A stretch of 64,000 nucleotides of DNA from Candidatus Avamphibacillus intestinigallinarum (GTDB lineage: Bacteria; Bacillota; Bacilli; Bacillales; Amphibacillaceae). A program made the translations under genes and the position numbers. The notes under the pieces were generated by a model, which saw only the letters and a list, made by a program, of their open reading frames with translations, searched no databases and was not told the origin of the DNA. Shown here one piece after another: positions 1 to 9,585 of the stretch. The stretch covers positions 1,652 through 65,651 of the forward strand of contig DVIO01000104.1 in assembly GCA_018711205.1 (NCBI GenBank), in the 5' to 3' direction. Within the stretch, counting starts at the first letter, position 1; each line of letters opens with the position of its first letter.

Positions 1-1050
1 CCAGACTTGAACCACGTTGTTAAACGTAATCCACGTACGAACATGCGTGATCCAAATGCTAACTGGGATTTCTGGACTCAACTTCCAGAAGCACTTCACC
101 AAGTTACAATTGTTATGTCTGACCGCGGTATTCCGAAGTCTTACCGTCATATGCATGGATTCGGAAGTCATACATTCAGTATGATTAACGCAGATAACGA
201 ACGTACATGGGTTAAATTCCATTTCCGTACAGAACAAGGAATTGAAAACCTTACAGACCAAGAAGCTGCTGATATTGTAGGTGGAGATCGTGAGTCTCAC
301 CAAGCTGACCTTTACAGCAATATCGAAGAAGGTAACTTCCCTAAATGGAAAATGTACATTCAAGTTATGACTGAAGAAGAAGCAAACAACAGTAAAGATA
401 ATCCATTTGACTTAACAAAAGTTTGGTCTAAAAAAGATTATCCATTAATTCCTGTTGGAGAATTCGAATTAAATCGTAACCCTGAAAACTACTTTGCTGA
501 TGTAGAGCAAGCAGCATTTGCTCCATCAAACCTTGTACCTGGTATTAGCTATTCACCAGATAAAATGCTACAAGGACGTTTATTCTCATACGGTGATGCA
601 CAGCGCTACCGTCTAGGTGTTAACCACCATCAAATCCCGGTTAACCAACCGAAATGTCCTTACCATGTATTCCATCGTGATGGTGGTATGCGTGTTGATG
701 GTAACGGTGGAAGTGAAATCCACTACTCACCAAACTCTTATGGAGCTTGGAAAACATCACCAGAGCATGAAGAACCAGTTCAAGAATCTTACGGTAATAT
801 CCAACGTTGGGACTACCGCGAAGATGACGACAACTACTTCGAAGCACCTGGTAAGCTATTCCGCTTAATGGATGCAGATGCTCAACAAAGACTATTCGAG
901 AACACAGCTCGTGCTATGGATGGCGTTGATGAGCACATCAAACACCGTCATATCGTACACTGCCACAAAGCAGATCCTGCTTACGGTGAAGGTGTTTGTA
1001 AAGCACTAGAAATGGATCTTGAAGAAGTATTGAAAGCTCCACAACCGTAA
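1..1050 (+). CDS. katA: Heme catalase (small-subunit, KatA-like), 5'-truncated by window edge
   Basis: Frame 1 open from base 1 to TAA 1048-1050; translation has catalase core sequence ([23 protein letters not shown] etc.) resembling Bacillus KatA; hairpin terminator follows. Confidence 0.93.
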   Translation, partial: PDLNHVVKRNPRTNMRDPNANWDFWTQLPEALHQVTIVMSDRGIPKSYRHMHGFGSHTFSMINADNERTWVKFHFRTEQGIENLTDQEAADIVGGDRESHQADLYSNIEEGNFPKWKMYIQVMTEEEANNSKDNPFDLTKVWSKKDYPLIPVGEFELNRNPENYFADVEQAAFAPSNLVPGISYSPDKMLQGRLFSYGDAQRYRLGVNHHQIPVNQPKCPYHVFHRDGGMRVDGNGGSEIHYSPNSYGAWKTSPEHEEPVQESYGNIQRWDYREDDDNYFEAPGKLFRLMDADAQQRLFENTARAMDGVDEHIKHRHIVHCHKADPAYGEGVCKALEMDLEEVLKAPQP

Positions 1051-1071
1051 GAAATATTAAGTTTTTAAATG

Positions 1072-1104
1072 AGCACGGAATCTATTATGATTCCGTGCTT
1101 TTTA
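1072..1104 (+). terminator. Intrinsic terminator of katA
   Basis: AGCACGGAATC/GATTCCGTGCT stem followed by T-run. Confidence 0.85.
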
Positions 1105-1141
1105 TGTATCTTTCCCACTTTTTTGAATATCAAACTTAATA

Positions 1142-1196
1142 GAAGAAAGGCGCGTCCTATACAGAATTCATTTTCTGATAAGACGCGCCTTTCTTC
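1142..1196 (-). terminator. Terminator-like long hairpin downstream of tex
   Basis: Perfect 15-bp stem GAAGAAAGGCGCGTC/GACGCGCCTTTCTTC with 25-nt loop. Confidence 0.6.
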
Positions 1197-1200
1197 ACTC

Positions 1201-3363
1201 TTATTCTTTTTCTTTAATCATAGTTAAGGCAATTCTACCTCTCTCTAAATCCACACTCTCTACCCATACCGTTACAATATCTCCTACTGATACAACATCC
1301 ATCGGGTGTTTCACAAAGCGGTTTGCGAGTTTAGAAATATGAACAAGTCCATCTTCTTTGACTCCGATATCTACAAACACACCGAAATCAACAACATTTC
1401 TTACTGTTCCCTGCATCTCCAAACCTTCTTTTAAATCTTCCAACGTGAGCACATTTTTCCTTAATAATGGCTGTTCATATGCATCACGAGGGTCTCTTTC
1501 AGGTTTTTCAAGCGCTTTTAGGATATCTTCTAATGTAGGTAATCCCATTTCTAATGCTTCAGCTGTTTCTTTAGCATTTACATCATGTAACGCTTCTCTT
1601 AAACGCTCTGTTCCAATATCCTTTAATGTCATACCTAATGTTTTTAATAGCTGCTCTACCACTGGATAACTTTCCGGATGAATCGGCGTCCGGTCTAATG
1701 GATTGTCTCCATCGACAATACGCAAAAATCCAATCCCTTGTTCGTACGTCTTTGCACCAAGTCTTGGGATTTTCTTCAATTGCTTACGATTTGTAAATTT
1801 CCCAATCTCATTTCGTTCTTTAACAATATTATTGGCAACTGTTTTACTTAACCCTGATACATACTGTAATAATGATGTGGACGCTGTATTCACATTCACA
1901 CCCACTTGGTTTACCGCTGTTTCCACAACAAATGTTAAAGATTCATTTAATGCCTTTTGACTTACATCATGCTGATATTGGCCAACGCCTATTGATTTCG
2001 GATCAATTTTTACAAGCTCTGCTAAAGGATCTTGTACACGTCTGGCAATGGAAACGGCGCTTCTTTCTTCTACTTGTAAGTCTGGAAATTCTTCTCTTGC
2101 AATCGTAGAAGCAGAATAAACACTTGCGCCTGCTTCATTCACGATAATATATGGGACATCTAGTGACTCTTTTTGTATTAAATCTGCGATAAACTGTTCG
2201 GTTTCCCTTGAAGCTGTACCATTACCAATCGCAATTAACTCACATGAGTATTCTTTTAATAATGCCAATACTTCTTTTTCTGAACCAGCTACATCATGTT
2301 TAGGTGCTGTTGGATAAATGACGCGAATATCTTGAACCTTTCCTGTCTCATCAATTACAGCTAGCTTACATCCTGTTCTAAATGCTGGATCTACTCCAAG
2401 TACTGTTCTGCCTTTTAATGGTGGTTGTAATAATAGATTTTTCAGATTAACTGAGAAGACATCTATCGCCTGTGCTTCAGCTTTTTCCGTTAATGTGTTT
2501 CGTATTTCTCTTTCAATCGATGGTTCAATCAAACGCTTATACCCATCGGAAATGGCATGTTTTAAAATATCTAGCACTTGGCCCTCGGTATGAGCTTTTA
2601 TAATTTTCTTATTCAAGTATGTTATCATACGGTCTGCAGGTGCTTGAATGGTCACTTTTAATACATTTTCCTTCTCTGCTCGATTCATCGCAAGAATACG
2701 ATGTGATACTGTGGAACGAATCGATTCTGAGTAATCATAGTACATCTCATATACATGTTTTTCGTCCAATTCTTGCTTTTTCAATTTCGTTTCAATTCGG
2801 CCATCCTTCAGCGTTTCCTTACGAATATACGTACGATATTCCGGTTCATCTGACACCCATTCTGCAATAATGTCATTAACCCCTTCAATACATGCCTCAA
2901 CTGTGTCTAGTTCTTGCTCCGGATTCAAATATTTCTCTGCTTCTTGTTGCAAGTCATGTATGTGTTCTTGTTGCCAAACATATATGGCTAACGGCTCGAG
3001 GCCTTTTTCTTTTGCAATCGTAGCCTTTGTCCGTCGTTTTTGTTTATATGGACGATATAAGTCTTCAACACGTTGCAATTGAGTCGCTGCTTGAATATTT
3101 TCTTTTAATTCTGGTGTTAGCTTATCTTGTTCTTCGATTAAACGTAACACTTCTTCTTTACGTTCTCTCAAGTTTTCCGCATATGTCCATTTATCTTGAA
3201 TAGATTTTATTTGTATTTCATCTAAACCATTCGTTACCTCTTTACGGTATCTCGCAATGAATGGTACTGTATTGCCTTCTTTTAATAGATCAATCACTTT
3301 TTCTACAATGGCCGGTTTTGTTCCGACCTCTTTTGCGACTAGTGTGATATTTTGTTCGTCCAT
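1201..3363 (-). CDS. tex: Tex/YdcI transcription accessory protein with C-terminal S1 RNA-binding domain
   Basis: 728-codon ORF; C-terminal S1 motif (GTVRNVVDFGVFVDIG); preferred start ATG 3363 (MDEQ) behind GAAGGGAAGAG rather than GTG 3387; same position downstream of rsbX as B. subtilis ydcI. Confidence 0.92.
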   Translation of the reverse strand: MDEQNITLVAKEVGTKPAIVEKVIDLLKEGNTVPFIARYRKEVTNGLDEIQIKSIQDKWTYAENLRERKEEVLRLIEEQDKLTPELKENIQAATQLQRVEDLYRPYKQKRRTKATIAKEKGLEPLAIYVWQQEHIHDLQQEAEKYLNPEQELDTVEACIEGVNDIIAEWVSDEPEYRTYIRKETLKDGRIETKLKKQELDEKHVYEMYYDYSESIRSTVSHRILAMNRAEKENVLKVTIQAPADRMITYLNKKIIKAHTEGQVLDILKHAISDGYKRLIEPSIEREIRNTLTEKAEAQAIDVFSVNLKNLLLQPPLKGRTVLGVDPAFRTGCKLAVIDETGKVQDIRVIYPTAPKHDVAGSEKEVLALLKEYSCELIAIGNGTASRETEQFIADLIQKESLDVPYIIVNEAGASVYSASTIAREEFPDLQVEERSAVSIARRVQDPLAELVKIDPKSIGVGQYQHDVSQKALNESLTFVVETAVNQVGVNVNTASTSLLQYVSGLSKTVANNIVKERNEIGKFTNRKQLKKIPRLGAKTYEQGIGFLRIVDGDNPLDRTPIHPESYPVVEQLLKTLGMTLKDIGTERLREALHDVNAKETAEALEMGLPTLEDILKALEKPERDPRDAYEQPLLRKNVLTLEDLKEGLEMQGTVRNVVDFGVFVDIGVKEDGLVHISKLANRFVKHPMDVVSVGDIVTVWVESVDLERGRIALTMIKEKE

Positions 3364-3429
3364 ATGCTTAACTCTTCCCTTCTTCACGTTACTAACTTCT
3401 TATAATACATAAAAATAGCTCAAATCACC

Positions 3430-3462
3430 AAAAAAAGAGACTAGCCAACTAAGCTAATCTCT
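3430..3462 (-). terminator. Intrinsic terminator of sigB operon
   Basis: AGAGATTAGC/GCTAGTCTCT stem plus U-run on minus strand; touches rsbX stop. Confidence 0.75.
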
Positions 3463-4076
3463 TATTCGAATTGATTCTCATCATAGCGAATAGCAATCAA
3501 GGTTGTATCATCTTTACGACCGTCTTTGTTTAATTCTTCATAATAAGATATGATTCTTGAGACATCTTCATCTAAGATATAGCTTTTAGTGAGCTCTCTT
3601 TCTAATACGCCATCTGAGAACATGACGAAGTTTCGGATGTTATTCAATGTACCACGCTCGATTTTAAACGTACATTTATAACCAGCTAAATAACCTGATT
3701 TAGGAATTAATCGTTTTTTCTCACCTGCTTTATTGACAACAATCATCTCAATATTACCAATTGACCAAAAAGCATACGTGTTTGAAATATAATCAAGTTC
3801 TAGTATTCCTAACACGACACCTCTTTTACCTGTTAATGTTTGATTACATAATCGAACAAGCTCATCTGGTGTTGCATTAGGATATTGTTCAATCACATCA
3901 ATGACTGCTTGAGAAGATTCCTTGGCAAGTTGTCCACTTCCTAAACCATCCGCAATAGCACAGACGAAACGATTGTCGTATTCTTGATAAAAGTAGCTAT
4001 CACCATTATGTGCATTATTTCCTTTTGACCTTTGATACGTTGCGACTTTTACATATTTTTTATGCTCCGTACTCAA
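3462..4076 (-). CDS. rsbX: RsbX, PP2C-type phosphoserine phosphatase (stressosome feedback phosphatase)
   Basis: 204 aa, AIADGLGSG PP2C motif, last gene of rsbR..sigB-rsbX order, 4-nt overlap with sigB stop. Confidence 0.9.
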   Translation of the reverse strand: MSTEHKKYVKVATYQRSKGNNAHNGDSYFYQEYDNRFVCAIADGLGSGQLAKESSQAVIDVIEQYPNATPDELVRLCNQTLTGKRGVVLGILELDYISNTYAFWSIGNIEMIVVNKAGEKKRLIPKSGYLAGYKCTFKIERGTLNNIRNFVMFSDGVLERELTKSYILDEDVSRIISYYEELNKDGRKDDTTLIAIRYDENQFE

Positions 4077-4870
4077 TCGATAACCTCGGAGCTTTCCGAT
4101 TGAATCGCTTCACGTAGCTTGAGCAACGCACGTCTTTGTAATCTTGATACATGCATTTGCGAAATGCCAAGCAATTCACCGGTTTCTTTTTGACTCATAT
4201 TATCAAAATACGTACATTGTAAAATACGCTTTTCACGATCTGTTAAAACATACATAATGTTTTGCAAAATCATTTTTTGGTCAATATTGTCATAACCACT
4301 ATCATCATTACCGACTAAATCTAAAATCGCAACTGTACTTCCATCGGCATCAGCTTCAATTTTACGATCCACTGACAAGGCACGATAGCTCTTACTCATC
4401 TCCATCGTCTCTAAAACATCTTCTTCTGTTACCTCTAACACTTCAGCTATTTCGCGAACAGAAGGAGATTGTTGATTTTCTGTTGTTAAATCATCAACTG
4501 TTTTTTTGATTTTCGGACCGAGTTCTTTAATTCTACGTGGTACATGCACACTCCACGTCTTATCCCTAATGAAGCGTTTAATCTCACCAATAATTGTTGG
4601 AATCGCAAAAGATTCAAATGATTTACCGAAACTAATATCAAACCGTCTAACCGCAGCAAGTAAACCGATCATGCCAATTTGCACTAGGTCCTCGTGAATA
4701 TTAGAATTTCGTGAGTATTTACGTGCTAACGATTCTACAAGGTTCTTATATTTTAAAACAACCTTCTCTTGAACAACTTCATCTCCTGGATTTTCTTGCA
4801 AAAACTCTATCCATTCATATATATCATCGTTGTTCCCATCTTTTTTATTGTGTAGTTGAGAATTGGTCAT
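4073..4870 (-). CDS. sigB: RNA polymerase sigma-B (general stress sigma factor)
   Basis: Sigma-70 regions 2-4 recognisable (DLVQIGMIGLLAAVRRFD, ISQMHVSRLQRRAL); start moved to ATG 4870 (MTNSQ) which has GAGGTGG 7 nt upstream; overlaps rsbW end as in B. subtilis. Confidence 0.95.
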   Translation of the reverse strand: MTNSQLHNKKDGNNDDIYEWIEFLQENPGDEVVQEKVVLKYKNLVESLARKYSRNSNIHEDLVQIGMIGLLAAVRRFDISFGKSFESFAIPTIIGEIKRFIRDKTWSVHVPRRIKELGPKIKKTVDDLTTENQQSPSVREIAEVLEVTEEDVLETMEMSKSYRALSVDRKIEADADGSTVAILDLVGNDDSGYDNIDQKMILQNIMYVLTDREKRILQCTYFDNMSQKETGELLGISQMHVSRLQRRALLKLREAIQSESSEVID

Positions 4871-5318
4871 CGAATCCCACCTCAGACTCATTTAAGTACT
4901 TCGTCATCAAGACGATAACGCCATAATTATTATTAATTTCAACTTTATCCATTAATGCATTGATTAGGAATAGACCAAACCCTCCCTCTCTTAAGCTATC
5001 AAGAGGTTCTGATGGTTTATAAGGACCGATGTCGTTTTTGATTTCTTGTAAGTTAAAACTACCTCCATGGTCAGCAACCATGATTTCGATACGGTTTTCG
5101 TATACACCAAAACCAATGGTAATATCCCCATCTTCATCTTCTGAGTATGCATGTTCTACTACATTGGAAACAGCTTCTGAGAGTGCAATTTTCAAATCTT
5201 CTATATCTTCATAAGAAAAACCCATCCTACTTGCTACACCAGATACACTAAGACGTGAAACACCTACATATTCAGCTTTTGCCGGGAACTTCATTTCAAT
5301 AAAGTCAAATGTCTCCAT
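4845..5318 (-). CDS. rsbW: RsbW anti-sigma-B factor / serine kinase
   Basis: 157 aa HATPase-type anti-sigma kinase (EAVSNVVEHAY, GGFGLF), operon position. Confidence 0.95.
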   Translation of the reverse strand: METFDFIEMKFPAKAEYVGVSRLSVSGVASRMGFSYEDIEDLKIALSEAVSNVVEHAYSEDEDGDITIGFGVYENRIEIMVADHGGSFNLQEIKNDIGPYKPSEPLDSLREGGFGLFLINALMDKVEINNNYGVIVLMTKYLNESEVGFDDQFSTTQ

Positions 5319-5321
5319 AAT

Positions 5322-5651
5322 TTAGTTGCCACCTCGTATTGAAGAATTAATATCTAGCACTTCGTCTAATCCAGTTATTTCAAATAAACGCATTGTTTTT
5401 TCTTGTAAATTCGTTAATTTCATTTTACTACCTGACTGTTTAGCCGTTTTCAATGCATGGATAAACACACCAATACCTGTACTATCCATGTAATTAACTT
5501 CATCCATATCAATTTCAACCATTGCATCTTTTTGTTCAACAAGTGGTACAAGCTTCTCTTTTAAATTAGGTGCCGTATAAATATCTAGTTCACCTGATAA
5601 AAAAAGAACGGTTCGATCATGCTCTTGTTCAGTATCAATCGTTAAATTCAT
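5322..5651 (-). CDS. rsbV: RsbV anti-anti-sigma factor (STAS)
   Basis: 109 aa STAS protein with conserved phosphorylatable DSTGIG motif; preceded by sigma-B promoter. Confidence 0.95.
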   Translation of the reverse strand: MNLTIDTEQEHDRTVLFLSGELDIYTAPNLKEKLVPLVEQKDAMVEIDMDEVNYMDSTGIGVFIHALKTAKQSGSKMKLTNLQEKTMRLFEITGLDEVLDINSSIRGGN

Positions 5652-5736
5652 GAGAATCCCCCTCAGAAAAATTAAATGTATATGTATATCCTTTTGGATG
5701 TTTTCTATTTGTTGTCTGTATAGCTACTAGACTCTA

Positions 5737-5762
5737 ATTCCCTGTTCATTAATAGATTAAAC
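5737..5762 (-). promoter_or_regulatory. Sigma-B-dependent promoter of rsbV-rsbW-sigB-rsbX
   Basis: Minus strand reads GTTTAA-N14-GGGAAT (consensus GTTTAA-N12-15-GGG[A/T]A[A/T]); -35 overlaps rsbU stop codon; same position as B. subtilis PB. Confidence 0.85.
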
Positions 5763-6764
5763 ATCTTTTTTCAAAATAATTAAAGTAAAATCATCACGTA
5801 ATTGGAAGCCTTGCAAGCGCTCAAAATATTTAAATACCTCATTCACCTGCTCTTGTGCGGGTAAGTGTTTAAACATTTTAATAACATCTAATACTTCATT
5901 CATTTCTAAAAAGCGCCCATCCTTACGACATTCTGTCACACCGTCTGTTAAAAAGACAACCATATCTCCGCTTTCAATAACGACTTGGTCTTCTTCATAT
6001 TTACCCTCTGGAAGAACTCCAAGGACCATCCCTTTAGTCGTAATCTCTGTAAAATAATCACCATCATGATGATAATGTAATCCCGGTTCGTGTCCAGCTG
6101 ATGCAAACTGCAAAGTGCAATCTTTTGGCATATACTGTGCATAAAACATCGTAATAAACATACTTGCATCCACGTTACGTTCCACAACACGATTCAAGTT
6201 ACTTAAAATCGCCTTAGGACTCATCGATAACTCAGGTAAACTATCAATTGAATATTTAATCATCGACATACATAGTGCGGCTGGTACGCCTTTTCCAACA
6301 ACATCTGCAATCCCTACCCCTAGACTACCGTCATTTGCTTTAATAAAATGATGATAATCTCCATTCATTTGATGAGCAGGTACTGAAATGACGCCGATAT
6401 CCAACCCTTCGATTTCTGGTTTTTCAGTTGCCAGTAATGTTTCCTGCATACTAGCCGCTACAGATATTTCAGATTTCAACATAATTTGTTCATCACGTAA
6501 TGTTTGAAATTCCTGATGTGCCAGTCCATAGGAAATCATCGTTTCTAAAAGAAATGCCATGGAATCTTTGACTTCTTGTGATAAAGTAGGGTCTATTTTC
6601 GCTAAGGCTTCATTGTGTAGATGCACAATCTCCTCTGGTAAAGTATGATCTCTTAGTAAAGATTTACTCAGTTTTTCTGCTCGATATAAATACTTTTCGT
6701 CTTTTGTTTCTATGTATTCTTGTAATAAAATTTGGTATTGTTCTTTTGCCGAATTGTTTGTCAT
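5757..6764 (-). CDS. rsbU: RsbU PP2C phosphatase (environmental stress branch)
   Basis: 335 aa, N-terminal RsbT-binding helical domain plus SpoIIE/PP2C domain (GDYHHF, GIADVVGKG, TDGVTE); RBS GAGGAGG upstream. Confidence 0.93.
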   Translation of the reverse strand: MTNNSAKEQYQILLQEYIETKDEKYLYRAEKLSKSLLRDHTLPEEIVHLHNEALAKIDPTLSQEVKDSMAFLLETMISYGLAHQEFQTLRDEQIMLKSEISVAASMQETLLATEKPEIEGLDIGVISVPAHQMNGDYHHFIKANDGSLGVGIADVVGKGVPAALCMSMIKYSIDSLPELSMSPKAILSNLNRVVERNVDASMFITMFYAQYMPKDCTLQFASAGHEPGLHYHHDGDYFTEITTKGMVLGVLPEGKYEEDQVVIESGDMVVFLTDGVTECRKDGRFLEMNEVLDVIKMFKHLPAQEQVNEVFKYFERLQGFQLRDDFTLIILKKDV

Positions 6765-6822
6765 ATCTCTTTTATTACCTCCTCAGTTGCCTTCCGAGAC
6801 CCTAGCTGCTTCTATAAGAAAA

Positions 6823-6850
6823 GTGTGCACCCAAAAGTACGAATGCACAC
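6823..6850 (-). terminator. Terminator-like hairpin in rsbT-rsbU spacer
   Basis: GTGTGCA/TGCACAC stem, 14-nt loop, followed on minus strand by TTTTCTTAT. Confidence 0.4.
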
Positions 6851-6906
6851 CCCCTCATATCTACTAATAAGTTTATGTAATCTGTAAATCTGTAGCTTTT
6901 AAATAC

Positions 6907-7308
6907 TTATCTAAGCCACTTCACAGCTGATATGACGGATCCTTTGCCTACCTCTGTTTGCAAATCAAATTCGTCCATTAGGCGTTTGACTCCCGGGAGT
7001 CCAGCTCCTAAGCCACCAGAAGTTGAGTAGCCATCTTGCATGACCTTCGCTACGTCTTCAATCCCTTTACCTTGGTCACTTGCTGTTATACGGATGCCTT
7101 TTTTGTTAGTATAATCTAACGCTTCACAACAAATCTCGCCTTCATCTGCATATAAATAGATATTACGAGCAAGTTCAGAAATTGCTGTTGTCACACGTGC
7201 CTGATCGACAAGACCAAACCCCACTTCTTTAGTGATATCTCTTCCTAATTGTCTAGCACCTACAATATCTAACTCTTTACGAATACTGACGCAGGATTGA
7301 GAGGTCAT
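6907..7308 (-). CDS. rsbT: RsbT serine kinase / positive regulator of RsbU
   Basis: 133 aa HATPase-like (ELARNIYLYA, GGLGAGLPGVKRLMDEF), follows rsbS. Confidence 0.93.
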   Translation of the reverse strand: MTSQSCVSIRKELDIVGARQLGRDITKEVGFGLVDQARVTTAISELARNIYLYADEGEICCEALDYTNKKGIRITASDQGKGIEDVAKVMQDGYSTSGGLGAGLPGVKRLMDEFDLQTEVGKGSVISAVKWLR

Positions 7309-7311
7309 CTT

Positions 7312-7677
7312 CTATTCCCCCAGTTCCTGACGTAATTTGATTAACCCTTGCTCTAAATCAAGAGCAGTCGGTACATTGCTCAAATGTATACCAAGGTCAA
7401 TCAATGTCATAGCAACCGCAGGCTGAATTCCTGTTAAAACTACTTTCGCACCCATTAAATCCGACATTGTAACGACATCACCTAATACCTTAGCGATGTA
7501 GGAATCGATAATATCTACCGATGTTAAGTCAATAACAACACCAGATGTTCCGCTTTCATGGATTTTACTTAGTAAATCTTCTTGAAATTGGATAGCTGTG
7601 TTATCATCAATTTCTGTTTGGATGGAGACTAATAAATAATGCTGTAATTTCAAAATAGGAATCCGCATCATACTCAC
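7312..7677 (-). CDS. rsbS: RsbS stressosome STAS scaffold/antagonist
   Basis: 121 aa, near-identical N-terminus pattern to B. subtilis RsbS ([24 protein letters not shown]). Confidence 0.93.
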   Translation of the reverse strand: MSMMRIPILKLQHYLLVSIQTEIDDNTAIQFQEDLLSKIHESGTSGVVIDLTSVDIIDSYIAKVLGDVVTMSDLMGAKVVLTGIQPAVAMTLIDLGIHLSNVPTALDLEQGLIKLRQELGE

Positions 7678-8540
7678 TCCTTATCAATAGAATCGATTAT
7701 TTCTTCAATACTTTGCTTCTCGGTTTCATAGTCTAATATTTCCCTATCGGTCATCTGAAGAGCAGTTTTGAAGCCTTTTTTCAAGGAGCTCTTTGTAATA
7801 AATTTACCTAAATCAATCCCAAGATTTACAATCGTTTGCGCAATCTCAGGTCTAATACCAACTAGAATACAAGTCGATCCGATTAAACGAACAGCATCAG
7901 CTGCTTGAATAATATGATGGGCAACCATTGTATCAACAACTGGTACACCGGTGATATCAATCAAGACAACTTCAGCATTATGACGAATCACACCTTCTAG
8001 CAAATTCTCCATAATTAATTTCGCTCGGTCCGTATCAATCGTTCCAATAAGTGGCATAATGGTAATTCGGTCAATAACTGGAATAAGTGGAGCCGACAAT
8101 TCCTGTAATGCCATGCGTTGTAGGGATACGATGTTTTCCCAACTACCAGAGTAACTATTGACAAGATGACGGATAATTGGAGTTGACCATTCATCAACTT
8201 GTCTAGCAATTTCTGTATTATAAGCAGCATCGATCGATTCCGCTTGTACAATAATAAAATCAATCGAGACGCGTCTGAAAGCATTCAAACCATCTGTAAT
8301 ATATCCTAATGGCCAACCTAGGTTAATCACACGTTCAGAGAAATCTTCAAACACATCATTTGAAAATTCTCCATTAATATTAGAAAAGATAATATTAATG
8401 AACTCTCTATTTGTTTGTTCAAATAAGTCCATCGATGCTTCTGGATAAATATCCTCTTTTAATTTGCGCATCGTATCAAGCCATATTTCGACAACTTGAT
8501 CACTGTTGTTTATAAGTGTCTCTTTTGTTTTTGTATCCAT
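7674..8540 (-). CDS. rsbR: RsbR stressosome sensor protein (N-terminal globin-like domain + C-terminal STAS)
   Basis: STAS C-terminus ([24 protein letters not shown]); start moved to ATG 8540 which has GGAGG 5 nt upstream (track start 8552 lacks an RBS). Confidence 0.9.
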   Translation of the reverse strand: MDTKTKETLINNSDQVVEIWLDTMRKLKEDIYPEASMDLFEQTNREFINIIFSNINGEFSNDVFEDFSERVINLGWPLGYITDGLNAFRRVSIDFIIVQAESIDAAYNTEIARQVDEWSTPIIRHLVNSYSGSWENIVSLQRMALQELSAPLIPVIDRITIMPLIGTIDTDRAKLIMENLLEGVIRHNAEVVLIDITGVPVVDTMVAHHIIQAADAVRLIGSTCILVGIRPEIAQTIVNLGIDLGKFITKSSLKKGFKTALQMTDREILDYETEKQSIEEIIDSIDKE

Positions 8541-8634
8541 GCGTTCCTCCATAATTTAATATGTTTGTTTGTATTGTTACATGACATACAAATACATGCA
8601 ATACATTTCAACTATTATTTAAAATATTACTGTT

Positions 8635-8664
8635 ATTATAACATATCGCGATGTTTATCGTAAA
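8635..8664 (-). promoter_or_regulatory. Sigma-A promoter candidate for rsbR operon
   Basis: Minus strand TTTACG-N18-TATAAT with extended -10 TGt; about 95 nt upstream of rsbR start. Confidence 0.55.
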
Positions 8665-8681
8665 AAAACTATTTACACGAT

Positions 8682-8707
8682 GTTTTAAAACATTTTCATT
8701 TGGGTAT
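8682..8707 (+). promoter_or_regulatory. Candidate sigma-B-like promoter pointing antisense into mazF
   Basis: GTTTTA-N14-GGGTAT on plus strand (one -35 mismatch); no plus-strand gene downstream. Confidence 0.35.
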
Positions 8708-8754
8708 TCTGAATAATGGTCATGTTCCAATTGATATATTGACATTTGCACACT

Positions 8755-8786
8755 AAAAAACCTTTTGTGCAAAAGCACAAAAGGTT
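8755..8786 (-). terminator. Intrinsic terminator after mazF
   Basis: Perfect 12-bp AACCTTTTGTGC/GCACAAAAGGTT stem, U-run on minus strand; overlaps mazF stop. Confidence 0.8.
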
Positions 8787-9144
8787 AGTGTTCATACATA
8801 TCTTTTAATCCTAAACTAATTTCCAACGCTTGATCGATTTTATGCATCATGTCTGTATCTAGTCGGGTAATTTTATCTGTTAAGCGTTGTTTATCCAAAG
8901 TGCGAATCTGCTCTAGTAAGATGACTGAGTCACGATCAAACTTATATCGCTTCGCATCAATCTCTACGTGAGTCGGTAGTTTTGCTTTTTGGATTTGAGC
9001 GGTAATCGCAGCCACAATTACAGTCGGGCTAAAACGATTTCCGATATCATTTTGTAGGATCAATACTGGGCGAACGCCCCCCTGCTCTGATCCAACAACA
9101 GGAGATAGATCAGCGAAATATACTTCGCCTCTTTGGACAATCAA
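8785..9144 (-). CDS. mazF: MazF/EndoA type II toxin endoribonuclease
   Basis: 119 aa almost colinear with B. subtilis NdoA ([31 protein letters not shown]); TTG start. Confidence 0.95.
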   Translation of the reverse strand: MIVQRGEVYFADLSPVVGSEQGGVRPVLILQNDIGNRFSPTVIVAAITAQIQKAKLPTHVEIDAKRYKFDRDSVILLEQIRTLDKQRLTDKITRLDTDMMHKIDQALEISLGLKDMYEH

Positions 9145-9148
9145 ATTG

Positions 9149-9433
9149 TTACACCCCGATCACGGCGCGCTCCAAAGTAATTTCAGCTTCTTCCTCAGCT
9201 TGAAACGCTTCTGAAGCGATTGTCAGATTAATATAGGCCATTTCTTCATACCCTACTCGCATTGATTCACGGAATTGATGAATATGTTCATCTTTTTTCG
9301 TTCGAAGATAGTTTTTTGTAGCTTGATAGATGAATTCGCTTAGGTCACTATTTTCATATTTCATTAAACCATCCACCTCATTCAACAGGTTTTTTGGTAA
9401 TTTGACCATAATCTCTTGTAAGCCTTCCGACAA
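9149..9433 (-). CDS. mazE: MazE/EndoAI antitoxin (RHH-type)
   Basis: C-terminal 94 aa of the 140-aa track ORF match YdcD-type antitoxin; TTG 9433 has GGGGGTG RBS 7 nt upstream; 4-nt gap to mazF. Confidence 0.85.
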   Translation of the reverse strand: MSEGLQEIMVKLPKNLLNEVDGLMKYENSDLSEFIYQATKNYLRTKKDEHIHQFRESMRVGYEEMAYINLTIASEAFQAEEEAEITLERAVIGV

Positions 9434-9585
9434 AACCTTACACCCCCGTTGTTCAATTGCTATAACGTATCGAATAAATTCACTGTTAATTCTAACATTG
9501 AATATGGGGTAATGCAAAGACATATTAAAGATTTTATCGAAAAGTCGTCTTTTTATGTCGTTTTTTGCCAATTTATATAACTACT

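Noticed and set aside
1358-3082. Several 70-103-aa plus-strand ORFs inside tex
   Set aside because: These are shadow ORFs antisense to a well-supported 721-aa gene, with Ser/Phe/Cys-rich nonsense composition. The same reasoning applies to the antisense ORFs listed inside catalase, sigB, rsbU, rsbR, typA, the kinase, proS, hisF, the ABC genes and others.
9434-9571. N-terminal 46-codon extension of the mazE ORF (140-aa track ORF)
   Set aside because: Homology to YdcD/MazE-type antitoxins begins at the TTG at 9433, which has a strong GGGGGTG RBS. The upstream part has no RBS at 9571 and would overlap the alr stop region.
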